Virus record (IMG/VR): IMGVR_UViG_3300025093_000096
Span: 1 to 27,781 of that record
From: a virus
Taxonomy: Duplodnaviria; Caudoviricetes
Reading direction: 5' to 3' (one strand)
DNA length: 27,781 bases
A program made the position numbers and the translations under genes. This document shows, piece by piece, positions 6,701-15,325 of the stretch (positions within the stretch are counted from its first letter, which is position 1; each line of letters begins with the position of its first letter). Under the pieces are notes generated by a model. That model was not told the DNA's origin. It worked only from the letters and a program-made list of their open reading frames with translations, and made no database searches.

Positions 6701-9057
6701 TAGATTTAGATATTCTAAAGGATCGCGGATACTCACAAGAGAAGATGAGGTCTGTGTTCTCCGCAGAGGAAAAGCCAGAGCAGATCGAGAAGCTGATCGG
6801 CAGGATGCGTAATCGCATTCAAGAAGGTATAAGCCGCAGTCTTCGTGATCATAAGTTGTATTATGCACTGGATTTGGCTTGGAACGCTCCGCTCCGACAA
6901 ATTTCCCCCACGCTGTTACATAGTCTTGTGTCTAAAAAGGGAGACGATAAGTCTGTAGCCGAGGCTCTGGATAGCTGGGGAGTATCTCATTTAATAGAGG
7001 ATCATGTATCTGCCAAGGGTGAGACCACTCAAGCACTGAATCTTCCAAGGTTCTATCAGATATTTGTTCCCTTGGTTAAGGCGTATGTGACGATCAGGTG
7101 GGCGCGTATCTTTAATGACAGGAACTTAGTTCCGTTATTTAAGTACGAGCCTCACAAGAGCACCCAGCAGAATAGGGTGAAGGGGGAGATCGTAACGGAT
7201 CGTGTTCAGATTATTTCTCAGCAATACGATTATTCCAGTGTTCTTTCTCAGAGTATATTCCAGATGCTGCACTATGGGTACTGCTTGCAGTTTCCAAAGG
7301 AATCTTGGCATAGCGAGAAACAAACAGTTAGAGATGAGGACGGTGAGGAAAAGGAAGTATATACAAAGGAGGGGATCAGATATCATACTCCTCACCCAGC
7401 TAGAACCTTTTGGGATGTAGCCCATAGGCCTTCTAGTTTCAATTCGGATACGGGCTGTAAGTTTAGTGGGTATTGGGCTATACAGAGATATGGAGATGTG
7501 GCAAACAACAAGATGTATTATAACACTGATAAGGTTGCTGCTGGAAGTATTGACTGGCTTACTAGCAATGCCAACTTTGGGTTATATGTAAACTCTGGTT
7601 ATTCTGGGACTGTTAAGTTTCTACAGAAGGAATCAGGTGCATTATTGTTGGATAGGGAGAAGGACGTTCAGTACTACACATCTGAGCATGATGACTATTC
7701 TGTTTTGGTTACAGAATACTTTGAGAAGCTCAACCCCAAGAAGATGGGGCTCTTCGATTATGATCACGATGTTTGGTTCCGATTCTGTGTGGCTCAAGAT
7801 GATACTGTTATCTATGCGGAGCCGCTTCCGTATTGCCCAGTAGTTTACTACGGCTACGACAGTAACGAGTTGCAGACAGTTAATCCATCGTTGTCCTTGG
7901 AGATTTTACCGTTCCAAGATCATGTGGGTAACTTGCTGACTCAATATCTTTTAAGTATTAAGCAGAACCTGACTAACATGACCTTTGTTGATGAGGATCA
8001 GGTTGGTGGTGATACAGTCGAAGAGATCAATGATGCTGGACAGAACATGTATAGCACACTGAACTTTGTAGGCTATTCATCTCGTAAGGCGCGTGTCGGA
8101 CAGCATGATCCAGAGAAAGCATTTACATCATTCAAATTCCCGCAACAAAGTACAACGGAGATCATCAATGGAGTCAGAAGCATCTTGGATATTCTTGAGC
8201 GTGTTCTTGTTCTTTCTGCTCAGGAAGTGGGGGCAGCGGCATCCCATGAGCAAACTGCTGAAGAGGTAAGGAGCATAGCCAGTTACACCAGTAACAGGTT
8301 GCAGTTCACAAGCTCGTCAGTGGATAGGGCGGTGTATGCGTGGAAGACCCAAATCTACAATGGATTAATGGCATATGGAGAACCAGAGTTCTACGCACAG
8401 CTACAGACTCCTGTTACCAGAGAGAGGCTGGAGCGGCTTGGGTTTACAGTTGAGGATGCTGATGAAGGCATCACATCGAAGCCAGTTGTTGCCGTGAAAG
8501 ATAAGACAGCTATTTCCTTAGAGTCATTCTCGTCAGTTCGTGACGGGATGGATCGCATTAATAACCCAGCCAGCGCAAACGTCATGGCTCAGTTATTTGG
8601 GGCAGCAATGAGTAATCCTTTGGTTGCTCAAGTGATTGGCCCAGAGCAGGCAGTTGGTCTGCTTAATCAGATATTTGAACTATCAGGTGTGCCGAGAGAC
8701 TTCAGGTTGAAGATGGCTAAGTCTGTAGAAGAATTGCAGGCGGCTCAGGAACAGCAAGGAGAAGGTGGTGGGCAGAATGTTGCCGCCGTTCAGGAACAGT
8801 TGATGGGTCAGTTGCAGGAAGCAGCACAGGTAATTCAGCAACAAGTTGCGGAACAGTTAGCTCAGAATAGCGAGGCTGTGAGGCAGCAGGTGCTAACGGA
8901 TGTCAGCGGGTTAACACAACAGATAGCTGGACAGGCAGAGGCCAATGCCAATCAGCTATTGAGGCAAGCTCAGGTAATAGAGCAAATAGCAGCGCAAGTC
9001 GGTGGACAGAACGCGTCCCCTGAACCACCTCCTCCCACTGCGCTTGATACAGTTTGA
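6697..9057 (+). CDS. Putative portal protein
   Basis: 786 aa, between terL and scaffold/capsid genes; Gln-rich predicted coiled-coil C-terminus like the P22-type portal barrel. Call rests on position, size and composition. Confidence 0.7.
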   Translation: MIDLDILKDRGYSQEKMRSVFSAEEKPEQIEKLIGRMRNRIQEGISRSLRDHKLYYALDLAWNAPLRQISPTLLHSLVSKKGDDKSVAEALDSWGVSHLIEDHVSAKGETTQALNLPRFYQIFVPLVKAYVTIRWARIFNDRNLVPLFKYEPHKSTQQNRVKGEIVTDRVQIISQQYDYSSVLSQSIFQMLHYGYCLQFPKESWHSEKQTVRDEDGEEKEVYTKEGIRYHTPHPARTFWDVAHRPSSFNSDTGCKFSGYWAIQRYGDVANNKMYYNTDKVAAGSIDWLTSNANFGLYVNSGYSGTVKFLQKESGALLLDREKDVQYYTSEHDDYSVLVTEYFEKLNPKKMGLFDYDHDVWFRFCVAQDDTVIYAEPLPYCPVVYYGYDSNELQTVNPSLSLEILPFQDHVGNLLTQYLLSIKQNLTNMTFVDEDQVGGDTVEEINDAGQNMYSTLNFVGYSSRKARVGQHDPEKAFTSFKFPQQSTTEIINGVRSILDILERVLVLSAQEVGAAASHEQTAEEVRSIASYTSNRLQFTSSSVDRAVYAWKTQIYNGLMAYGEPEFYAQLQTPVTRERLERLGFTVEDADEGITSKPVVAVKDKTAISLESFSSVRDGMDRINNPASANVMAQLFGAAMSNPLVAQVIGPEQAVGLLNQIFELSGVPRDFRLKMAKSVEELQAAQEQQGEGGGQNVAAVQEQLMGQLQEAAQVIQQQVAEQLAQNSEAVRQQVLTDVSGLTQQIAGQAEANANQLLRQAQVIEQIAAQVGGQNASPEPPPPTALDTV

Positions 9058-9362
9058 TCAACTACACGAAGAACACCACAACTGATCAAGAAGTAGTCGA
9101 CGTTAAAGACTGGCTACTATCACCAAAGGCTAAACTGTTTAGGAAGTATGTCCTGAACGAGATCGCCTATAATCAAGCTATGGCTGGAAAAGAGGCCAGC
9201 CTTAATCACCTTTCAGATAGGGCGTGGGAAGTTAATGACCACGTAAGAAAAGCGGCAGAGTTAATATCATTTATAAGGATTTTGGGTGAGTACTCTCAGC
9301 CAGAAAAAGAACTTTATAAACTACAATTGGAAATAGACACAAACATAGACACTTATGCCTGA
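9054..9362 (+). CDS. Hypothetical small helical protein between portal and scaffold
   Basis: TTG start overlapping the portal stop (TTGA); typical position in podovirus-like head modules. Confidence 0.65.
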   Translation: MINYTKNTTTDQEVVDVKDWLLSPKAKLFRKYVLNEIAYNQAMAGKEASLNHLSDRAWEVNDHVRKAAELISFIRILGEYSQPEKELYKLQLEIDTNIDTYA

Positions 9363-10869
9363 ACTACCACAGAAACCAACATTGGAACTCGGTCAAGGAA
9401 TCGAAGTTGAAGGAGCGTTCGATACAGAAAAAACCATATCGGGTTCCGATAGGCGCGATGATAGTGTTAAATACACTAATTTTCAGGAACCTGAATCAAT
9501 TAATGTAACTGGAAAGGAAGAGACTGAACCTGAACCAGAGGGAGAAACAGTTGAAAAAGAAGACGCGACTGAGGAGGTGGAGTCTAATCTTTTGGAACTG
9601 AGAAAGATGATGGGGCTTGAGACTAAAGAGGAAAAAGAAAACGAATCTAAAGTTGAAGAAGAGCCTGTTGAGGAAGCCGAAGAAGAAGAGGTAGAGGAAG
9701 AAATAGAAGAGGAAACTGTTGCAGAGGAGAAGCCCAAGAAGAGGTTAAAGAAAAAAGAACCAGCACCTTCATATGAAGATATGGCCAAGCTTGCTGGTCA
9801 GGCAGCAGCCGAAGCACTTAAGCAAAGTGACGCAAACAACAGGACTGAACAGGCTCCTGCTGTTGATTCAGTTGAGTTAGACGAAGAGGATCAAGGCACA
9901 TACGAAATCTTTAGTCAGATGGAGAAGTCTAATCCTGATAAGTACAAAGGGATTAGTAAAAAGTTTGCTGACTTTGTGGAATCATCCAAGGAGTACCAAA
10001 AGGAATGGATGGCCAAGAATCCAGATGATGAGTTCGATCCCGAATCAGATGAACACGCTGCTTTCTATGAAAAGCATGAGCCTAAATATACCCAGAAAGA
10101 TTTCAAGAAAGCCGAAAAGAGGGTGGATATGGCTGATGTCCTTGGGGAAGTTGAGCAGAAATATCAGGAAAAGATAGAAGAGCTAGAGGACAAGCTATCG
10201 CGAAGAACAGAATCCCAGCCTCAAGCAAGGGAAACTGCTGAGACTGCTATCAAAGAAATGGTTGCTCAGGTATCTCCAGAGATGGAGAAGATCATAGACG
10301 AAAAGGGGCTGGAGGAAGCTGAAAAGGCAGACCCGCTTGTATATGACAAGATATCTCAGGCTGCTGAGACTATTAGCACAATGGTGTATGAGATCGAGCA
10401 GAACAAGAGTCGCAATGGAACATTCACTCCCAACTCAAGAAACGAAACACATAAGTATGTCTCTGATTTTATAAAGGGTAGGGAGCAGTATGTTAAGAGC
10501 CTGCCAGCCTCTAGTCAGACATGGAACGGTAAGTCATTTGCCACCAACTCAGAGTTCAATAGGATGTCTAATGCAGATAAGGAAAGGCATTGGACTATAG
10601 ATTCTACGCTACTCAAAAACGAATTGGTCAAAGAAATATCGCAAACTGTTAACGCTGATATAGAGCAATCAAGAAAGATGTTGGAAAGATACGGAGTTCC
10701 TAGTGCGGGGAAAACGGCGCAGACCAAGAAAACTAAAAAGTCCAAAACAGTCAATAAACCCGCGTCCCCAGAGTCTGCTGCCCAAGAGACTAACTCCCCG
10801 AATTTGACCACTGGTACAGAAGAGATTTCTGGTTCAGAAAAAGAATTAGCGAATTTAATGTGGGGCTAA
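9355..10869 (+). CDS. Putative capsid scaffolding protein
   Basis: 504 aa, very Glu/Lys-rich and helical with an acidic disordered N-terminus, immediately upstream of the capsid candidate. Confidence 0.65.
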   Translation: MPELPQKPTLELGQGIEVEGAFDTEKTISGSDRRDDSVKYTNFQEPESINVTGKEETEPEPEGETVEKEDATEEVESNLLELRKMMGLETKEEKENESKVEEEPVEEAEEEEVEEEIEEETVAEEKPKKRLKKKEPAPSYEDMAKLAGQAAAEALKQSDANNRTEQAPAVDSVELDEEDQGTYEIFSQMEKSNPDKYKGISKKFADFVESSKEYQKEWMAKNPDDEFDPESDEHAAFYEKHEPKYTQKDFKKAEKRVDMADVLGEVEQKYQEKIEELEDKLSRRTESQPQARETAETAIKEMVAQVSPEMEKIIDEKGLEEAEKADPLVYDKISQAAETISTMVYEIEQNKSRNGTFTPNSRNETHKYVSDFIKGREQYVKSLPASSQTWNGKSFATNSEFNRMSNADKERHWTIDSTLLKNELVKEISQTVNADIEQSRKMLERYGVPSAGKTAQTKKTKKSKTVNKPASPESAAQETNSPNLTTGTEEISGSEKELANLMWG

Positions 10870-10902
10870 TAAAATTTTAGCACCTTTTAGGAGGAATATA
10901 TT

Positions 10903-12792
10903 ATGCCTACACAAGCACAATTGTTTGGGGATCATGGCCAGCGATGCGCCACAGCTATCTCTAACAACTACGACTCATGTGGAACGATTACTCGTTCCAA
11001 CATAGCATATGCCACTCCAGATGGTCTATTAAGCATATTCAAGAGTAATGATGATTACCGCGATATGCAGTCCTTAATGACCACCAATATGGAGCTTAAG
11101 GCCTGCGGAACCAAGACATACGGTCTATATGACTGGCTTATGTCTTCTGCGCGTCCCGTGGGATCGTTGATCAACCAGAAAAAGATTCAAGGTACTGACT
11201 CCATTATGGAGCCGTTCATCTTGGCCTCTCAGAAGAGCATCATTAATGATGACTACTGGGCGATAGTTCAGAGCTACCAGACAAGTTTTTATGGAGATAA
11301 TAATGGGACAAATGGAACTGCTACTTATCCTATTTCTGACGCTCAGCTTGTCGGAGCTACTAGGGTACTAAGGTTGCACAACCGTTACAGCCTTGATCCG
11401 AATGCTAGTTGGTTTGTTCCTGGAGGCACGCTTCATACGTTTGGACGTAGTTCTACAGGTGCAGCAACACGCACTCAATTCGAGATTATTGCTGCTGCTG
11501 TTGATGGTGCGGCTACTCCTGTTTTCACGGACGTTGCAGTCAAGGCCGTAAGCAATGGAGACAGCATATCTGATGGAAATATCGAAGCAGGTGTTGCTGT
11601 TATTGGAGCCAACAACGTAAGTGATTACGAAAGCTGGTGTAACAATCGTCCTGCTCTGAACCCGAATCGCGTGGTTCCGTTCTGGACTCAGACCTCACGC
11701 TACACTCTTTGTGTGGATGAGTTCTACAAGGAATGGTTTGCCAAGCTAACCGCCAACAACCCTTACTTTAACAAGTTCGGGGATGTTACTCTTGCTGAGC
11801 GTAACCGCCAGTTGGGAGCAATGTGGCAGAAAGAATGGATGAACTCATTCTTCTGGGGCAAGCGTATTAGCAATAACCAATCACTGGCCAACTGGACTTC
11901 TCTTGATCCTCAGTACGCACACTACGCCGCCGATTCAAAGGTAGGTGGTGTGACTACTTCTGCTAGTAGCCATATCGTTAGCCGCAAGGCCAACGCTATT
12001 GGTGTTTACGAGCAGTTGCAGGCCTGCGGTCGTGTTAAGGACTTGAAAGGTCAGAAGTTGAACTTGGCTGAGTTGTTTAACGAGTTGTACACCTTGTATC
12101 GTACTCGCTCTAACAGCGGCCGTCCTGCTGACAGCATTGATGTCTATACGGACAGCAAGACTGCAAGTCTCATCCAGACTGCAATGGTTAAGTACTACGG
12201 CGCAGCCACTGCTACCTCTGGTACAGATGGTGCGAACAGCGTAATGCGATTCGACTATGGAGTTGCTGACGGCAAGATCGACAAGCTCGGTTTCCGTGTT
12301 CGCAGCTATGAGTTGCTGTACCCGCAGGGTGTTACCCTCAATGTGATAACAGATCATTACTTCGATGACTTTGTTAGCGCAATGAAGGCTGAAGCGTTAA
12401 CCACATCGTCCACCTACAACAACGATGGTTCAACCCGTCATATTGGCGACAGTGGCCGATTCCTTATGTTCTTGGACTTGGGTGGCGGTATTTATCCCGG
12501 CATCGTTGATTCTAATCGTAAGGTGCACACTGTTGGCGCGCTGGAAGACTTGGCCAAGATCGACAGTGGTTACGGCTGTGTGATGCGTTCGCCAACCAAG
12601 GAAGTTACACTTAACAGTGTTACTTGGACGGCAGTTGTTGAGTGTCCTGATGATAACCTTATCATCGAGAACTTCGACGATTCAGAGCCAGCTACGGTTG
12701 TATCTTCTGGTGCTACTATTTCCTTTGTTGGTGGCACTCAGACTGGTACAGAGACTGATATCCTGTCTGACGATCCCACATCTGGGGACTAA
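10903..12792 (+). CDS. Putative major capsid protein
   Basis: Strong SD (AGGAGG), follows the scaffold, ends with triple stop TAA TAG TAG and a terminator; WTQTSR...EWMNSFFWG...GVYEQL segments fit the HK97-fold spine pattern by eye. Confidence 0.75.
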   Translation: MPTQAQLFGDHGQRCATAISNNYDSCGTITRSNIAYATPDGLLSIFKSNDDYRDMQSLMTTNMELKACGTKTYGLYDWLMSSARPVGSLINQKKIQGTDSIMEPFILASQKSIINDDYWAIVQSYQTSFYGDNNGTNGTATYPISDAQLVGATRVLRLHNRYSLDPNASWFVPGGTLHTFGRSSTGAATRTQFEIIAAAVDGAATPVFTDVAVKAVSNGDSISDGNIEAGVAVIGANNVSDYESWCNNRPALNPNRVVPFWTQTSRYTLCVDEFYKEWFAKLTANNPYFNKFGDVTLAERNRQLGAMWQKEWMNSFFWGKRISNNQSLANWTSLDPQYAHYAADSKVGGVTTSASSHIVSRKANAIGVYEQLQACGRVKDLKGQKLNLAELFNELYTLYRTRSNSGRPADSIDVYTDSKTASLIQTAMVKYYGAATATSGTDGANSVMRFDYGVADGKIDKLGFRVRSYELLYPQGVTLNVITDHYFDDFVSAMKAEALTTSSTYNNDGSTRHIGDSGRFLMFLDLGGGIYPGIVDSNRKVHTVGALEDLAKIDSGYGCVMRSPTKEVTLNSVTWTAVVECPDDNLIIENFDDSEPATVVSSGATISFVGGTQTGTETDILSDDPTSGD

Positions 12793-12820
12793 TAGTAGAT
12801 TAGTTATATTGTTTTGCCAC

Positions 12821-12865
12821 AAGGGTGGCAGGTGGGCCTACGACTGCTTGCCTGTCACCCTTTTT
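12821..12865 (+). terminator. Rho-independent terminator after the major capsid gene
   Basis: AAGGGTGGCAGGT...GCCTGTCACCCTT stem followed by a T-run. Confidence 0.8.
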
Positions 12866-12884
12866 CATAATAAATTCGGGCTGC

Positions 12885-13292
12885 ATGAACAATCGCTATT
12901 ATAAGCAAGTTGATCCAACTACACCGTTGTACTTAAGCAACGGACAGAAGCTGATATTCCCAACTGTAGATAATGAGTGGGGATACATAGCCACTAAGGA
13001 CAAGTTCCTGATAAATGAAATTAACACTGCCATTAACAAAGGTGTTGGCGGTGTGATGGTTTCAACAAAAGAAGAGTACTCTGATTACCTAAAAAAAAAA
13101 TCACAGGGAACAATAATTCAGAGGAAATGGAGGGAGGAAATAAGGGGAGGGTACGCGATGGACTCGTCAGTTCCTCCGCAACAAACAGAAAGTGTTCAGC
13201 CTGCGGTCAGCCAAGAGTCTGGTGAGCCTGCGCCTGAACCAGCCCCTGCCCCAAAGAAGAGGGTAGGGAAGTTTAGAAAGAAATCTAAATGA
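12885..13292 (+). CDS. Hypothetical protein (start at ATG 12885 rather than 12825)
   Basis: The 12825 start lies inside the terminator; Pro/Lys-rich tail typical of genes following capsid genes. Confidence 0.7.
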   Translation: MNNRYYKQVDPTTPLYLSNGQKLIFPTVDNEWGYIATKDKFLINEINTAINKGVGGVMVSTKEEYSDYLKKKSQGTIIQRKWREEIRGGYAMDSSVPPQQTESVQPAVSQESGEPAPEPAPAPKKRVGKFRKKSK

Positions 13293-14080
13293 CTTTTGCC
13301 ACTTTAAAATCGAATGTTCGATCTCAGGTATTCCCGTATGGTGTGCCTGAGAACCTTAGCACTGTAATTGACAACTACATTATTGAGGCTTTAGTACACC
13401 TTCAAAGGTACGTCCCTTGTTATCAGCAGCTTAATGTAACCAACACGGATGTGCTGTCAGGTAGCACGGCCAACTTTGAAGAGTACATTCGGACTTCGGT
13501 TACGACTGCACCTGATGGTGTTATTAACCGCTTGTACACAATTGACAGTGATTCGGATAATACCAACTCATCGAGCAAGTTTGATGAGCGTCACTACAAG
13601 CAGAAGAGTTTTCAGGATATTACAGAATGGATTAGGAACGAAGAAGCTACCGATTATTTAAAAGTGGATACAACCAAGTCTGCTTCAGTTTCAACTACTG
13701 ATCCAAAGAATGTTCAGGCTGGAGCCCAGACTTCTGCTGATACAGAGGAGAGAGCTTTCACGGGTATATGGGCCAAGTACAGAGGCAAGCTCTACATTGC
13801 CCCAAGATTAATTGATTCAGAATCCTTGGTCATCGAGTGGACAGGATTCAAGAAGACATGGGCAGATAATGATGTGGTTGATGGTGACGATCCAGAGGTG
13901 CAGAGAGCAGTCAGGCTTTATGTTACCAAGGAACACGCCAGAGACTGGGATCACGATACCGAATCTTACCAGATGGCTACTGCCGAGTTTAACGACACGG
14001 TTAGTGGAATGATCTGGGAGTGCAACCAAAAGGAGATACAAGGAAAACAAATTTATCCCGATCAGGGTAGACCTTACTAA
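13289..14080 (+). CDS. Putative head-tail adaptor / connector protein
   Basis: MTFATLKSNVR...IDNYIIEAL N-terminal helices, KLYIAP beta motif and C-terminal helices resemble podovirus adaptor proteins; position after the capsid gene. Confidence 0.55.
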   Translation: MTFATLKSNVRSQVFPYGVPENLSTVIDNYIIEALVHLQRYVPCYQQLNVTNTDVLSGSTANFEEYIRTSVTTAPDGVINRLYTIDSDSDNTNSSSKFDERHYKQKSFQDITEWIRNEEATDYLKVDTTKSASVSTTDPKNVQAGAQTSADTEERAFTGIWAKYRGKLYIAPRLIDSESLVIEWTGFKKTWADNDVVDGDDPEVQRAVRLYVTKEHARDWDHDTESYQMATAEFNDTVSGMIWECNQKEIQGKQIYPDQGRPY

Positions 14081-14091
14081 GGAGAAATAAT

Positions 14092-14424
14092 ATGAGTTCA
14101 AGTGGATACACACCAGACATAGGAGGAGGGCCGCAGCCTAGTAATTTAATTACTGCTGGCACGGCTGTAAAGAAGACAGCAAACGGTACTGTTTCGGCAG
14201 ACAACCCAGCTAGAAAATCTATCACAATACAAAACCACGGAACTAATCCGTTGCATATTGCTATGGGTGCGACTGCTAGTACTAGCGTTGTTCATTTCAT
14301 ACTAAAAGCAAGTGCTGCGGAATATGACGGTTCTGGAGGCACTGTAGATATTGACAGTTTCACTGGGGAGATTACTGCGTGGAGCAGTAGCGGAACCAAG
14401 TTTACATACGCAGAGTTCGTATAA
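14092..14424 (+). CDS. Small beta-rich virion structural protein
   Basis: NPARKSITIQNHG...LHIAMG motif typical of small phage beta-sandwich proteins; AAGGAG SD. Confidence 0.6.
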   Translation: MSSSGYTPDIGGGPQPSNLITAGTAVKKTANGTVSADNPARKSITIQNHGTNPLHIAMGATASTSVVHFILKASAAEYDGSGGTVDIDSFTGEITAWSSSGTKFTYAEFV

Positions 14425-14436
14425 GGACACAGGCAT

Positions 14437-14805
14437 ATGGCAGCAGAAATAACAGGGTCAGGAGGCTCAGGTGCAAGCTCTGGGTATGTGCTCGATCTAA
14501 CATGGAGCAACGACAACAGTGCTGTAAGTGGCGTGACATACAGTCATGACTCAACATCTGGTAGTGCATACGACACGGTTGAGATTACTCACGGTCTAGG
14601 GACTCGAAATGTAATTGTCGATATCATTGATCTACAATCAAGCGGATCGGACAACCTTAATGACCGTGCATACGATGGCGTTGATATTGGCCATGCTCAG
14701 CATGTTGTTGTTAATAGAAACGGAGACAATACAGTTAAGTTATTTTTCAACGGAGCAAGGACAACAGGTTGGCAGTATAAAATCCTAGTACAAAAAGTTG
14801 GCTAA
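14437..14805 (+). CDS. Small tail-fibre-associated protein (H[NG]LG domain)
   Basis: EITHGLGTRNVIVDI...NTVKLFF...YKILV, similar to the C-termini of the next two genes. Confidence 0.6.
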   Translation: MAAEITGSGGSGASSGYVLDLTWSNDNSAVSGVTYSHDSTSGSAYDTVEITHGLGTRNVIVDIIDLQSSGSDNLNDRAYDGVDIGHAQHVVVNRNGDNTVKLFFNGARTTGWQYKILVQKVG

Positions 14806-15323
14806 TGTCTGTTCGTACCAAGATACAGCATGAGACTAAGCGCAAAGGCCCACCCCGTAACTTAGGTCGGGGTGAGCTTGCTTACAATGAAGTCGATGGG
14901 CTTCTGTATATTGGCACTGGTTCAGAAAACAGGGGTCAGGCTAGAAAAAAGGTTATAATTAATGACAGTGCTAAGACCAGCGAGGTTAGCACTAAGGAGA
15001 TAGAGTCCTATTTAAGAGGCAATGGGTACGCTACTCAAGATTATGTAGACGATAAATATTCTCAAGAGAGGTACTCCATTCCAGACCCCCTTGAGGATAT
15101 TACCCCAACATCAACTGGCGAAAATAAAGAATGGGTATTTAATACCAATCAACATGAATGGCATGTAACTCATAATCTAGGTTATTACCCAGACGTAACA
15201 ACCTTAGCCAATATAACTGGTGATGATTATGAGGAGTTCGACGCATATGTGAAGCACAACTCAGTAAACGACCTGACAGTAATATGTATGGGCACTACTA
15301 CTGGAAAATTACTACTTAGATAA
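14805..15323 (+). CDS. Short tail fibre-like protein with an Mtd_N-like N-terminus and HNLG domain
   Basis: LGRGELAYNEVDGLLYIGTG (Mtd N-terminal-like motif), YATQDYVD, WHVTHNLGYYPDVT. Confidence 0.65.
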   Translation: MSVRTKIQHETKRKGPPRNLGRGELAYNEVDGLLYIGTGSENRGQARKKVIINDSAKTSEVSTKEIESYLRGNGYATQDYVDDKYSQERYSIPDPLEDITPTSTGENKEWVFNTNQHEWHVTHNLGYYPDVTTLANITGDDYEEFDAYVKHNSVNDLTVICMGTTTGKLLLR

Positions 15324-15325
15324 CA

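Noticed and set aside
12825-12884. N-terminal extension of the ORF starting at 12825
   Set aside because: The start lies inside the terminator hairpin; ATG 12885 is more plausible.
13091-13100. A10 run as a programmed frameshift site
   Set aside because: The -1 frame stops about 40 codons later and the +1 frame within a few codons; neither fuses to the next gene, and the run simply encodes LKKK.
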